Counted from the stretch's first letter, positions 16,913-27,160 are shown. The stretch is 64,000 nt of DNA from Nitrospirota bacterium (GCA_029261215.1 JAJDBT010000113.1:2308-66307), one strand, 5' to 3'. Numbers and translations are program-made. The notes: generated by a model not told the origin, from the letters alone.

Positions 16913-17029
16913 CGTCGTTCCTTACTAAATTGAAAATGTGGCACAAAGGACATCCCCTTTGGCCATTTATTTCCATAAACGCTTTTTCTGGAAAACTGTA
17001 TTGGGCGAAAAACACCCCCCTCCATCTTC

Positions 17030-17057
17030 TTATCGGTTTTCCGGAGCCAGGTCTTTA
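17030..17057 (-). promoter_or_regulatory. Sigma-28 (FliA)-type promoter candidate upstream of cheD
   Basis: The minus strand reads CTAAAG-N15-ACCGATAA. It begins 16 nt after the fliA stop and lies about 120 nt upstream of the cheD ATG at 16912. Confidence 0.45.
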
Positions 17058-17072
17058 GCCAAGAGATCGCTA

Positions 17073-17819
17073 TCATTCAGATAAGACCCCCTTCAATTTC
17101 AACATTGCTCTGGAATGAAGCTGACACACACGTGATTCAGACACTTTTAAAACCAGGCCAATTTCTTTCATGGTCAGTTCTTCGTCATAATAAAGCGAGA
17201 CCACCATCTGCTCCTTTTTGTTGAGATGCTCAATCGCTTCAATCATTCGATCCCTGGCATTTTGTGAAAGCAGGAAAAGCAGCGGATCTTCACTATTCGG
17301 ATCGGCCATCGCTTCAATCAATCGCCACTCTCCGCCGTCTTTAATGCCCAGATCATCCAGACTCAAAAGCGTCGCCCCCCGTGCCTGAAAAACAAAGTCA
17401 TCAAAAACGGCCTGATCCATTTCAAGGGCCTCTATGAGCTCTTCTTCTGTCGGAGGTCGCCCCTTTATTTTGACAATCTCATCAGAGGCTTTTTTTAACT
17501 TTTTTGTCTTGTCGTGAACAGATCTCGGCACCCAGTCGAGTGTGCGGATTTCGTCGAGCATCGCCCCTCGTATTCTAAATTCAGCATAGGTTTTAAAGCG
17601 GGCATTAATAGACGGATCATACCGTTCCAGCGCCTTCATCAAACCGATAACTCCGGAGTGAATCAAGTCTTCAACGTCAAGAGACGAAGGCAGTCTGTAG
17701 GCCAGTCGTTGCGCGATCATGCGAATCATTGGCGCAAATTCTTCAAGAAGCGTGTCCATTTGCAAGTCATCCGGTTTTTCCTTAATCACTTCCGGCTTTG
17801 CTTCTTTCGCTGTTTTCAT
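17073..17819 (-). CDS. fliA: Flagellar sigma factor FliA (sigma-28)
   Basis: Sigma-70 family regions 2-4 (LIHSGVIGLMKALERYDP, YAEFRIRGAMLDEIR, LSLYYDEELTMKEIGLVLKVSESRVCQLHSRA). Positioned after flhF-flhG. Confidence 0.9.
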   Translation of the reverse strand: MKTAKEAKPEVIKEKPDDLQMDTLLEEFAPMIRMIAQRLAYRLPSSLDVEDLIHSGVIGLMKALERYDPSINARFKTYAEFRIRGAMLDEIRTLDWVPRSVHDKTKKLKKASDEIVKIKGRPPTEEELIEALEMDQAVFDDFVFQARGATLLSLDDLGIKDGGEWRLIEAMADPNSEDPLLFLLSQNARDRMIEAIEHLNKKEQMVVSLYYDEELTMKEIGLVLKVSESRVCQLHSRAMLKLKGVLSE

Positions 17820-17838
17820 AAAAATAATTCCTATTGGC

Positions 17839-18708
17839 TTATTCGCCTAAAAACCGTTTCCAGAGGAACTGGACGTTGCCCTTGGGTGATTTGCTCACAG
17901 GCCATTCCAATATATTCTTGGCCAGTTCAACAAAACTTTCGCTGGATTTTGCCTGGGGATAAACATCCACCACCGCCCGTTGTTCCAGAACCGCCATGCG
18001 AAGATAATCGTCTTGTGGAATAAACCCGCAATAGTCGATGGCGATATCCAGAAATTGATCGGAAACGAGGGTTAATTTCCGATAAACATCCTTCGATTCC
18101 CGAATACTGCGGGACATGTTCACCAGAAGTTTGAAGCGTTTTTCCCCGTGACGTTTCGACAGGATCTTCATGATGGCATAGGCATCGGTCACAGAGGTCG
18201 GATCGGCCGTCGCGACTACGAGAATCTCCTGGGCCACGGTGTTAAAATAGAGCACATTCGAAGAAATACCCGCCGCCGTATCAATCAAAAAAATATCGAC
18301 GGATTTCTCCAATTGATCCAATTCGGAAAGAAAGACGAGCTTCTGTTCAGTGCTTAAATTTGTGACATCTTCAGAGCCGGAACTTGTCGGAAGAATTTTA
18401 ATGCCCAAAGGTCCTTCAACAATGACCTCTGAAAGCTTCTTTTCTCCAAGCAGAACATGTTCTATCGTAAATTTTGGAATAATCCCAAATAGCACATCGA
18501 CGTTGCCAAGCCCCAGATCTGCATCCAGAATAACGACGGACTTCCCCAGACGGGCGAGTGCGACCGCAAGGTTCGCAACAACATTCGTTTTTCCAACCCC
18601 CCCTTTCCCGCTGGTCACGGCAATCACTTTTGGAACACATGTCGTCTTAGGTGCTTGATTGGAAAGGACACCCTTGCCATTTCCGTTGATTATCCCGGCT
18701 TGTTCCAT
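17839..18708 (-). CDS. flhG: MinD/ParA-type ATPase FlhG (FleN/YlxH)
   Basis: Deviant Walker A VTSGKGGVGKTNV. Located between flhF and fliA. Confidence 0.85.
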   Translation of the reverse strand: MEQAGIINGNGKGVLSNQAPKTTCVPKVIAVTSGKGGVGKTNVVANLAVALARLGKSVVILDADLGLGNVDVLFGIIPKFTIEHVLLGEKKLSEVIVEGPLGIKILPTSSGSEDVTNLSTEQKLVFLSELDQLEKSVDIFLIDTAAGISSNVLYFNTVAQEILVVATADPTSVTDAYAIMKILSKRHGEKRFKLLVNMSRSIRESKDVYRKLTLVSDQFLDIAIDYCGFIPQDDYLRMAVLEQRAVVDVYPQAKSSESFVELAKNILEWPVSKSPKGNVQFLWKRFLGE

Positions 18709-18758
18709 TTTATAAGTTCCTCTCGTTTTCTGGATCGCTTGCTTATAAGATCATCTCT

Positions 18759-20027
18759 TTAAACAGGCTGCATCGCATTTTTTAACATCAAATCCGTAAA
18801 TCGTTTTGCCGTGGCCGCCTCGATATCATCCGGCACCTGACGGCCGGTCGTAAAATAGGAAACAGGCTTTCGTTTTCTTCCCATCGCCGATAAAAGAGGG
18901 CCGTAACGTTGTGTTTCATCCATTTTTGTAAAAAGCAGAGAATCAATCGGAATCACTGAAAAACGGTCAATCATTTCTGACAGATCGCAGCCTTTGATAT
19001 TGGCTGAAAGCACCAAGTGGGTCTCCAGCGGCATCTCAAGTGAAGTCAGCCCTTTTAAAATGCGGACCTCTCCCGGATTGAGGTGACTTCGACCCGAGGT
19101 ATCGACAAGAATGAGTTCTCCTTTTTCCCTTTGGGCCACCAGTCTGCCCAATCCCCTCCATGAAGCAACCTTGACTGCCGGAAGACCATGCTGATCCGCA
19201 TAATGATTCAAGGGGTCGATATTTTGAGTCTGTGTTTCAATCAGAGAAACCAGGGTGACGGGTCTTTTTTGTTTTTTCCATTCGACCCCGAGCTTGGCAA
19301 TGGTTGTCGTTTTTCCAACACCCGTCGGGCCAATCAGGGCCACGACTTTTGGGCCGGATGAAGCATCCGTTTCATCACAATGAAAAGGCCCGGTAACTTG
19401 AACCAATCCTTCAATGATTTTCTGAATAGACTGCTGAACCTGACTGGGTTTCCATAATGCCTCCTGAGAGAGTTCTTCTGTCACGGCCTGAACAAGGTGC
19501 TGTGCCGTAGTTGAATCCACTCCGCTCATCATCAACTGCTCATGCAGACGAACCAGGGTATTTTCTTGAGGCGCACCTTTATTTGCATTTTGCAAATCGC
19601 TTAAAGACTTCAGCATGATTTTCATTTCAAGCCAGGTCTCGTGGATGTTTTTCTCAGATGCTTCTTCTGATGGACCTTGTTTGTGCGCATGCGCACCGCT
19701 TGTGACACGCTCTTCATGACCCTGCTTCAAGGAAGCGAGAGAAGACTTGATTTGTTGAAGTTCTTTATAAAGATCTCCCTGAATCGCCTGTTTTAATGTG
19801 GTTTCAAAAGGCGCTGAAACTTCAGCTTCTACCGGTTGTTCAAAGACCTCCAGATCAATCGCCGCCGTAATCTCAACGACCGGGATTGTTTTAAATCCGC
19901 CTTCAGGAATTAACGCCCGACGTTTCACCTCGCGCGTTGAGAGAATCACGGCCTCCTCCCCTAATTCCAACTTGATCGCCTTCAGGACCTCATTGATTTC
20001 TGTGCCTTCAAACTTTTTAATTTTCAT
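18759..20027 (-). CDS. flhF: SRP-type GTPase FlhF
   Basis: G-motifs LIGPTGVGKTTTIAKL, LVDTSGRS and FTKMDET. N-terminal MKIKKF...EAVILSTRE. Confidence 0.87.
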   Translation of the reverse strand: MKIKKFEGTEINEVLKAIKLELGEEAVILSTREVKRRALIPEGGFKTIPVVEITAAIDLEVFEQPVEAEVSAPFETTLKQAIQGDLYKELQQIKSSLASLKQGHEERVTSGAHAHKQGPSEEASEKNIHETWLEMKIMLKSLSDLQNANKGAPQENTLVRLHEQLMMSGVDSTTAQHLVQAVTEELSQEALWKPSQVQQSIQKIIEGLVQVTGPFHCDETDASSGPKVVALIGPTGVGKTTTIAKLGVEWKKQKRPVTLVSLIETQTQNIDPLNHYADQHGLPAVKVASWRGLGRLVAQREKGELILVDTSGRSHLNPGEVRILKGLTSLEMPLETHLVLSANIKGCDLSEMIDRFSVIPIDSLLFTKMDETQRYGPLLSAMGRKRKPVSYFTTGRQVPDDIEAATAKRFTDLMLKNAMQPV

Positions 20028-22110
20028 CGCTTAACCTCACGATTTTGACGGTTTTTAATTTCGCCGTCGATGCAATTTCATTGGAGGACAGCACAACCAG
20101 GTTTGGGATAAATCGTTCTGCCATTTTTCTGAGGTGAAAACGAATGGCTGGGGAACACATAATCACCGGGGTATGGCCATTCATCGCAACCTCCTCTGAA
20201 GCCTGTCGAATTTTCAACATGATTTTCTGGGTCACCAGGGGATCGAGTGTCATGGAAATGCCTTGTTCAGTCGCCTGGATGGCCTGAAAAATCATCTGAT
20301 CAAGATAGGGGTCAATACTGATGACCGATAAAACCCCCTCGACCCCTTCGTGCTGCTTGGTGATCGAGCGTGCAAGCGCCTGTCGGCAATATTCGGTGAG
20401 CTGCCCCGTATCTTTTGTCATGGGCGCAACATCCGCCAGGGTTTCGAGAATCGTGCGTAAATCCCGAACGGGGACCCTTTCCTTTAATAAATTCCCAAGG
20501 ACTTTCACCACACTCCCCAGAGACAAGAGGTTTGGGATGAGCTCCTCGACAACCTTGGGATTACTCTTTCCAAACTGGTCGATCAAATGCTGTACTTCCT
20601 GTCTTCCGATCAGCTCCGCAGAATGGCTTCGAATGGTTTCCGTTAAATGGGTTGCGATCACCGAAGGCACATCGACCACAGTGAATCCCTCCAGTTGTGC
20701 CCGTTCTTTTTCCTTTTCTGTGATCCAGAGTGCATTCAGTCCAAAACAGGGTTCTTTTGTCGGAATGCCTTCAACGCCAAGTTTTTCATCTCCCCCTGGA
20801 TTCATTGCGAGAAAATGACGCGGCAAGACTTCTCCACGGCTGACTTCCACCCCTTTGACAACAATCAGGTATTCATTGGGTTTGATTTGAAGATTGTCCC
20901 GAATATGAATCGGCGGCACCACAAAACCCAGCTCAAGGGCAAGCTGTCTGCGAATAGCTGTAATACGTTTGAGCAAGTCTCCGTCCTGCGCTTCGTCCAC
21001 AAGCGGAATCAAGCCATAGCCGACGTTCAATTCCATTAAATCCAGCGGCACGATCCATTCGTCTTTATTCGGCGCTTTTTGCACTTCCGGTTTTTGTGCG
21101 CTTGCCTGTGCTTTGGCTGTTTTTTGAGCCGCTTTGGACGAGTAGCCGAGAAAGGCGATTCCTCCGGCCAAGGCAAAAAAGGCGAGATGCGGCAAACCCG
21201 GAATAAGGCCAAAAATCATGATAATGGCTGCGGCGCCCATCAGGGCGCTGGGATGAATCAACATTTGCCGCGTCACATCCGTCCCCAGATTGGATTCTGA
21301 GGCCGCCCGTGTAACGACAATACCTGAGGCCGTGGAAATAATCAGGGCCGGGATTTGCCCAACCAGGCCGTCACCGATACTTAAGAGGGTATAATTTTGA
21401 GCCGCCGTCGTAATGGCCATGCCCTGCTGAAGCACACCAATGACAAAACCGCCGATGATGTTGACCAATATAATCAGAATGCCTGCAATCGCGTCTCCAC
21501 GGACAAACTTGCTCGCACCGTCCATCGCGCCATAGAAATCGGCTTCCATCGAGATTTCTTCCCGTCGCTGCTTTGCCACCTTTTCATTAATCAGGCCCGC
21601 ATTTAAGTCCGCATCGATACTCATCTGCTTTCCAGGCATCGCGTCCAGCATAAATCGGGCGGCCACCTCTGCGATACGGCCCGCACCCTTTGTAATCACG
21701 ACAAAGTTGATCACGACTAAAATGATAAAAATCACAAGCCCGACAGCGTAATTGGAGCCAATCATCAGGTTTCCGAAAGTTTCAATCACTTTACCTGCGG
21801 CTCCGACACCAGTATTGCCATTGATTAAAATGGATCGGGTTGTAGCGATATTAAGCGCCAGTCGAAACAGGGTTGAAATCAGCAAAATGGAAGGAAAAGA
21901 AGAAAACTCGACCGGCTTGACCGTGTGCAATGACACAAATAAAATCACCAAACCGGAACTGATACTAAAGGCCAAAAGCAGGTCGAGGATGACCGTGGGG
22001 GTTGGCAAAATCATCAAGAGCAAAATGCCGATGACCCCAAAGGCCATAATCGCATCCCCGCTTTTTGTGATCCAGTCGAACGGTTTGTTTTCCACTATTG
22101 TCTGCGCCAT
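20017..22110 (-). CDS. flhA: Flagellar type III export apparatus protein FlhA
   Basis: 697 aa with an N-terminal polytopic TM domain (FVRGDAIAGILI, MSIDADLNAGLI) and a large cytoplasmic C-terminal domain. Confidence 0.95.
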   Translation of the reverse strand: MAQTIVENKPFDWITKSGDAIMAFGVIGILLLMILPTPTVILDLLLAFSISSGLVILFVSLHTVKPVEFSSFPSILLISTLFRLALNIATTRSILINGNTGVGAAGKVIETFGNLMIGSNYAVGLVIFIILVVINFVVITKGAGRIAEVAARFMLDAMPGKQMSIDADLNAGLINEKVAKQRREEISMEADFYGAMDGASKFVRGDAIAGILIILVNIIGGFVIGVLQQGMAITTAAQNYTLLSIGDGLVGQIPALIISTASGIVVTRAASESNLGTDVTRQMLIHPSALMGAAAIIMIFGLIPGLPHLAFFALAGGIAFLGYSSKAAQKTAKAQASAQKPEVQKAPNKDEWIVPLDLMELNVGYGLIPLVDEAQDGDLLKRITAIRRQLALELGFVVPPIHIRDNLQIKPNEYLIVVKGVEVSRGEVLPRHFLAMNPGGDEKLGVEGIPTKEPCFGLNALWITEKEKERAQLEGFTVVDVPSVIATHLTETIRSHSAELIGRQEVQHLIDQFGKSNPKVVEELIPNLLSLGSVVKVLGNLLKERVPVRDLRTILETLADVAPMTKDTGQLTEYCRQALARSITKQHEGVEGVLSVISIDPYLDQMIFQAIQATEQGISMTLDPLVTQKIMLKIRQASEEVAMNGHTPVIMCSPAIRFHLRKMAERFIPNLVVLSSNEIASTAKLKTVKIVRLSDEN

Positions 22111-22176
22111 GTTAAATGACCTGCCTTTTAATGCCGGACCTGAAAAAGAGACGGGTGTTTATGACTTTTTTTGCCT

Positions 22177-23241
22177 TCATCCCCGTTTTCCCTTGAGCTT
22201 GTAAACATAAGAAAGAATCTCCGCGACGGCTCTGTAAATCGCAGATGGAATCGGATGTCCCACTTCAACTGTTTTGAAAAGGGACCGTGCAATCGGTTTG
22301 TTTTCAACCAAGGGCACACCATTTTCCCGTGCAATTTCCCTGATTTTTTCTGCCATAAACCCCGCGCCTTTGGCGACAACGACTGGCGCAGCCATGCGGT
22401 CCGGTTTATAACTTAACGCCACGGCCAAATGGGTCGGGTTGGTAATCACCACATCGGCTTTGGGCACATCCGCCATCATGCGTTTCTTCGCCATTTCTCT
22501 TTGCAAACTGCGAATCCTCGATTTCACCAGAGGCGTCCCTTCGGTCTGCTTATTCTCTTCTTTGATCTCTTGCTTGCTCATGCGAAGCTTCTTCTCATGT
22601 TCCCACCACTGGAAACCGAAATCGGCCGCGCCAATAACCGCCACAACCCCGCCACAACGCAGAATCAGCGTTGTCATCATTTTTCCCGATAAATAAATCA
22701 TTTCTCCGGGCGTCAATTGTCCCAAAACAAGCACGGACGGCATTTTTTCAAGAATGGCAAAATAGGCCACACTGCCAATGACAAGAAACTTCAAAAATGT
22801 CTTGAGGCCGTTCACAAGCCCTTCTATCGACAAAACACGTTTAAACCCTGAAAGTGGATTGATTCGCCCCCAGTCTGGCATCAGCGGGTCTGTCGTAAAG
22901 AGAACCCCATGCTGAACCACGATAGAGAGCCCGCCAACCAGTGCCATAAAAGCGGTCACGGGCATGATCATCATAAAAAACTGCATCATGCCTTTTTGCA
23001 TCAGCTCATTAAAAATAGCAGGGGTCATCTCAAGAGATGAAAGACCTGAAAATGTTTCAATCATCGTTGTTCGCATTCCCAAAATCAGATCCAATCCAAA
23101 GTTTTTAAAAATGAGCACAGAGAATAAAATCAATAAAGCGGAACTCAGCTCTCGGCTGGTGACCACCTGCCCCTTGCGGCGGGATTCTTCCCGCCGCTTA
23201 GGAGTCGCCCGCTCTGTTTTTTCCTGATCATCCGCCGCCAT
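22177..23241 (-). CDS. flhB: Flagellar export apparatus switch protein FlhB
   Basis: N-terminal EKTERATPKRREE and the autocleavage motif NPTH (VVITNPTHLAVAL). Confidence 0.95.
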   Translation of the reverse strand: MAADDQEKTERATPKRREESRRKGQVVTSRELSSALLILFSVLIFKNFGLDLILGMRTTMIETFSGLSSLEMTPAIFNELMQKGMMQFFMMIMPVTAFMALVGGLSIVVQHGVLFTTDPLMPDWGRINPLSGFKRVLSIEGLVNGLKTFLKFLVIGSVAYFAILEKMPSVLVLGQLTPGEMIYLSGKMMTTLILRCGGVVAVIGAADFGFQWWEHEKKLRMSKQEIKEENKQTEGTPLVKSRIRSLQREMAKKRMMADVPKADVVITNPTHLAVALSYKPDRMAAPVVVAKGAGFMAEKIREIARENGVPLVENKPIARSLFKTVEVGHPIPSAIYRAVAEILSYVYKLKGKRG

Positions 23242-23290
23242 ATATCTTTCCTAATCCAAAAAATCTACAGAGCAATCTCACTATCATCCG

Positions 23291-24076
23291 CTATGGCCTC
23301 ATCCGCATGAGCAAGCCCGGAAAAACCGTTCTTAAAGTGGTGATTTCTTCTGTCAAAATGCCGACAAACATCGGGAGCGATAAACCCACAATTAAAAGTC
23401 CCAGGGTAATGGTGACTGGAAAACTAAAGAGCAGCACGTTCATTTGAGGAATGACGCGGGCAAAGATGCCGATGGTGACATTGGCCATGAGCAGTGCAAC
23501 GATGACCGGAATGCCGATTTTGAGACCAATTAAAAAGATTCTGGATGCCAGCTTCATGAGGTATTCAATCAGCGGACCCGAAGGATAAAAACCGCTTGAA
23601 GGAATCAGCTCGAAACTTAAGACCAAGCTTTCGATTAGAATATAATGCCCATTGACCGCCAAAAAGATCAGCATGGCCACCATGCCCTGCATCCGGGCAA
23701 TCAGCGAGACCTGTTTGTTTGAAATCGGATCAAACAGGTTCGCGCTGCCAAAACCCATCTGTAAGCCAATGACCTCCGAACCCATCTCAACGGCTGAAAA
23801 CAGCATATTGATGGCAAGACTCATAATCAGCCCGATCAGGACTTCACCAAGTAAACCCAGGGTCAGTGAAAGGAAGGTAAGGGGCGGCTGCGCCTGAATG
23901 TCCATCACTTGAAAGAGGACAAAAGTCATGGAAATCACCAGCATGACTTTCACCATGACCGGCACACTGGCACCACCGATCAGCGGCATTGCCGCCAAAA
24001 AGGCGCCGACACGGAACAAAATAAAGAGGAAGGCCGCTTGGTTTTCTAATATATTTTGAATCAGGGGTATCGTCAT
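23291..24076 (-). CDS. fliR: Flagellar export apparatus protein FliR
   Basis: 261-aa polytopic membrane protein in the fliPQR-flhB order. Confidence 0.88.
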   Translation of the reverse strand: MTIPLIQNILENQAAFLFILFRVGAFLAAMPLIGGASVPVMVKVMLVISMTFVLFQVMDIQAQPPLTFLSLTLGLLGEVLIGLIMSLAINMLFSAVEMGSEVIGLQMGFGSANLFDPISNKQVSLIARMQGMVAMLIFLAVNGHYILIESLVLSFELIPSSGFYPSGPLIEYLMKLASRIFLIGLKIGIPVIVALLMANVTIGIFARVIPQMNVLLFSFPVTITLGLLIVGLSLPMFVGILTEEITTLRTVFPGLLMRMRP

Positions 24077-24089
24077 CTTTTCATCCAGT

Positions 24090-24359
24090 TCAGCCTGTGT
24101 AATTGGGAAGGTTCATCAAAATGCCGCTGGTAAATCCGACAATGACCCTCAGCATCCAGGGAAGGAAAAAAGCCAGGGCAAGCCCTGCGATCAATATTTT
24201 GGGCAAAAACGTTAAAGTGGCCTCGTTGATCTGTGTCACGGCTTGAAACAGACTGACCACCAAACCGATCAGAAGACTGGAAACCAGAACAGGCGCGGCC
24301 AGCATCACGGAAACTTCAACCGTCCGCTGAACCATCTCTATGACAAATTCCGGCGTCAT
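24090..24359 (-). CDS. fliQ: Flagellar export apparatus protein FliQ (89 aa; the annotated 122-aa ORF is over-extended)
   Basis: The internal start MTPEFVIEMVQRTVEVSVMLAAPVL... matches FliQ length and N-terminus. The upstream extension overlaps the fliP 3' end (fliP stop at 24427). Confidence 0.88.
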   Translation of the reverse strand: MTPEFVIEMVQRTVEVSVMLAAPVLVSSLLIGLVVSLFQAVTQINEATLTFLPKILIAGLALAFFLPWMLRVIVGFTSGILMNLPNYTG

Positions 24360-24426
24360 TCGCACACTCCACGACACAGCAATAGATACTTCAAAAAACG
24401 ACCTCCTGTTCCCATGTCCGCCACAT

Positions 24427-25230
24427 TCATGCGAAGCCTTTGACCAGAGACCCGACAATCAAATACCAGCCGTCTGCAAGCACAAAAAGGATGAGTTTAA
24501 AGGGAAGAGAAATCATCACTGGCGGCAACATCATCATCCCCATCGACATGAGAATGCTGGCCACCACGATATCAATAACGAGAAAGGGCAAAAAAACGAG
24601 AAAACCGATTTGAAATGCCGTCCGTAACTCGCTGATCATGAAGGCCGGAATGATGGTAAACGTGGGCAGTTCGGATGGATTTTTGGGCTGAGGAAGTTTC
24701 GCAATTTTTACAAATAAAGAAAGGTCTTTTTCACGAACCTGTTTCAACATAAAATTTCGAACCGGAACCATCGCAAGATCAAGGGCATCCTGCTGAGAAA
24801 TCTCCTCTTCGAGATAGGGCTGCAAGGCTTCAGTATTCACTTGCTGCCAGACAGGCGCCATCACAAGAAATGTCAAGAAAAGGGCCAGGCCAATCAAGAC
24901 CTGAGTCGGCGGCGATTGCTGCGTCCCAAAGGCTTGACGCATAAAAGAGAGCACAACGACGATACGGGTAAAAGCGGTCATCATGATAAAAATCGCCGGA
25001 GCAAGCGAAAGAACGGTCAATAAGATTAAAATCTGGATGGCGACAGAAAAACGCTCGGAAGACCCTTCTCCCAGACTCAATGTGACCGACGGCGCGCCAG
25101 AGACCGCTTCTTGTGCGACGGCAAGTGAAGACAAATAAAAAACACAAAAAACCGTTACCCCCACGATCAGCAGCAGATAAAGAGAAGATGATTTTTTTTC
25201 TTTGAGATTTCTTTTCAATCTAATCCACAT
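24427..25230 (-). CDS. fliP: Flagellar export apparatus protein FliP
   Basis: Signal sequence plus conserved FRIVVVLSFMRQAFG, TAFQIGFLVFLPFLVIDIVVASILMSMGMMMLPP. Confidence 0.92.
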   Translation of the reverse strand: MWIRLKRNLKEKKSSSLYLLLIVGVTVFCVFYLSSLAVAQEAVSGAPSVTLSLGEGSSERFSVAIQILILLTVLSLAPAIFIMMTAFTRIVVVLSFMRQAFGTQQSPPTQVLIGLALFLTFLVMAPVWQQVNTEALQPYLEEEISQQDALDLAMVPVRNFMLKQVREKDLSLFVKIAKLPQPKNPSELPTFTIIPAFMISELRTAFQIGFLVFLPFLVIDIVVASILMSMGMMMLPPVMISLPFKLILFVLADGWYLIVGSLVKGFA

Positions 25231-25525
25231 CCTTCATTGTTTTTTTCTGATGCAACAAGGGCGATTCATCCAATCGCGTCAGTAGGGATATCTGATTTGG
25301 CGTAACGCCCACCACAAGATATTGTTCTCCGACTTCTATCACCGAGACCTCTCTTTTTGGACCCAGATAGGTTGTCGAAATGACCTGAATCAAAGGCGCA
25401 TTTTGCCACCGACTAAACCGGGAGCGCATAAAACGCTTTGCCCCAAACGCCACGGCCAGGATAAGACCTAAAACCAAGAGGAGTGAAGAGATCATCTTCA
25501 CCAAACTTGAGAAGGGATCATCCAT
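25220..25525 (-). CDS. fliO: Flagellar protein FliO
   Basis: 101 aa, single TM then ...LGPKREVSVIEVGEQYLVVGVTPNQISLL. Located upstream of and overlapping fliP. Confidence 0.72.
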   Translation of the reverse strand: MDDPFSSLVKMISSLLLVLGLILAVAFGAKRFMRSRFSRWQNAPLIQVISTTYLGPKREVSVIEVGEQYLVVGVTPNQISLLTRLDESPLLHQKKTMKDVD

Positions 25526-25633
25526 TTCTCAGCCTTTTTTTTCTCCAAAAAACAAGGATTTCTGAATCACTTAACTCAACAAAAATCATCATGCAGTACA
25601 TTCCTTTTAAGATCGCCATGCATCCTTCGTTTT

Positions 25634-26140
25634 TTATCCAAGGTTTTGAATGCGGTCAACGGTGCTCACAATATCGGTCAAACGCACACCAAATTTTTCG
25701 TTGACAACCACAACATCCCCCCGGGCCACCAGCTTATCCCCGATAAGGACATCCATCGGTTCACCCGACAATTTTTCCAACTCAACAATGGAGCCTTGTC
25801 CCAGCTGCAAAAGTTCCTTGATCAGCATGCGGGTATTCCCCAGGTTCACCGTCACCTGAAGCGGCACATCCAGCAAAAAGTCAATATTCCCTAAAGGCGG
25901 GCCTCCTTCTGTCGGCTCCAGTGTCGAGAGCGCTTTGGGTTTCATTTGTTTCTTGACCTCAGGCGCTTGATCAGGCGCTTCGGATACCGGTTTGGCTTTC
26001 GCCTCTGCGCCGCTGTTTTCTTTTGGCGATTCTTCTTGAGCAAGCGCTTGCGCTTCTTCTTTCATCGCCTCAGCCATTTCACGCGCCATCTCATCTTCTC
26101 CCTCTTCAGGAGCAGCCTGTTTTTCTAAATCATCTGCCAT
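25634..26140 (-). CDS. fliN: Flagellar motor switch protein FliN
   Basis: Acidic N-terminus and a C-terminal SpoA domain (LDVPLQVTVNLGNTRMLIKELLQLGQGSIVELEKLSGEPMDVLIGDKLVARGDVVVVNEKFGVRL). Confidence 0.88.
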   Translation of the reverse strand: MADDLEKQAAPEEGEDEMAREMAEAMKEEAQALAQEESPKENSGAEAKAKPVSEAPDQAPEVKKQMKPKALSTLEPTEGGPPLGNIDFLLDVPLQVTVNLGNTRMLIKELLQLGQGSIVELEKLSGEPMDVLIGDKLVARGDVVVVNEKFGVRLTDIVSTVDRIQNLG

Positions 26141-26155
26141 TGCGTTCCTCCAGCA

Positions 26156-27151
26156 TTATTCTTCTATTTTTTTGCGGCTTTCATCTATCGCGGTAATCTG
26201 AAGAGAGACATTGCCTTGATGAAGACCTGCCTTACCCTGAAAAACGGTCACGCCTTCCACTTTTAAGTCCAGCGCGTCATTGACACCTTTATTCAACATA
26301 ATCACATCGCCGGCTGCGAGACGGGACACCTCACGAACCGTGATATCTGAAACCCCGATTTCAGCGACAACCTTTAAAGGACTCTCAATCAGCTGCGCTT
26401 TAAACCGTTTTGCCCATGTTTTATTCACTTCATCCTGATCACTCTGGAATCCGCCGTAGAACTTTTCCCGGATGGGTTCAACGTTTGAATACGGGATACA
26501 AATAAAAATATCCCCGCCCTCTCCATTGATTTCAATCTTGAAGAGTGAGGTAATCACAACCTCGTTTGGCGCAACGACAGCAGCAAACCTTGGATTGATT
26601 TCCGTTCGAACGTACGATATATCGATCGGAAAAACGCGCTGCCAGGCTTTTTCAAGATCAAGCAGAACCAGATCGACCACTTTTTTAATAATGCCTTGCT
26701 CAATGGCTGTAAAACTTCTGCCTTCGATTTTGACGTATGTTTGCCCCGACCCACCGAAATACAACTCAACCAGGCGGTAAATAAATTTTGGATCGAGAAT
26801 GATCAGGCTATAACCCAAGAGCGGATTCAGCGTGACAATGTTTATGCTGCTTGGCAGGGGAATCTTTCGCATCAAAACCCCAAATCGCGGCACTTCGATG
26901 GAAACAGGCATCACTTCGATATCTCGTTTGATGAAATTATTCATGGACGTCTGAAAGTACGAGGCAAAACGTTCATTCATGATTTCAAGACCTGCCATTC
27001 GCCCACGGGTAATGCGTTCCTGATTGACGAATTCATAGGCCTGCACTTCAGCCGGATTCCCACTGGCCTCACCTTCAGTGTCTATTTTTCCGCCCTGAAC
27101 ACCTTGAAGGAGCGCTTCAACTTCATCTTGAGATAGGATTTTTTCTGCCAT
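26156..27151 (-). CDS. fliM: Flagellar motor switch protein FliM
   Basis: N-terminal CheY-P binding motif LSQDEVEALL plus FliM middle and SpoA-like C-terminal domains. Confidence 0.92.
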   Translation of the reverse strand: MAEKILSQDEVEALLQGVQGGKIDTEGEASGNPAEVQAYEFVNQERITRGRMAGLEIMNERFASYFQTSMNNFIKRDIEVMPVSIEVPRFGVLMRKIPLPSSINIVTLNPLLGYSLIILDPKFIYRLVELYFGGSGQTYVKIEGRSFTAIEQGIIKKVVDLVLLDLEKAWQRVFPIDISYVRTEINPRFAAVVAPNEVVITSLFKIEINGEGGDIFICIPYSNVEPIREKFYGGFQSDQDEVNKTWAKRFKAQLIESPLKVVAEIGVSDITVREVSRLAAGDVIMLNKGVNDALDLKVEGVTVFQGKAGLHQGNVSLQITAIDESRKKIEE

Positions 27152-27160
27152 TTTTTCCGC

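Noticed and set aside
16939-16955. TGGCAC hexamer on the plus strand (TGGCACAAAGGACATCC) that looks like a sigma-54 -24 box
   Set aside because: There is no GC dinucleotide at the -12 position (ACAT), and it points away from any plus-strand gene; both flanking genes are on the minus strand.
24360-24458. N-terminal extension of the fliQ ORF (122 aa) and, similarly, of fliL (27704-27772, GTG start)
   Set aside because: The extensions overlap the upstream gene or the leader RNA, lack family similarity, and internal ATGs give canonical FliQ and FliL N-termini. The fliL ATG also has a GGGAGG Shine-Dalgarno.
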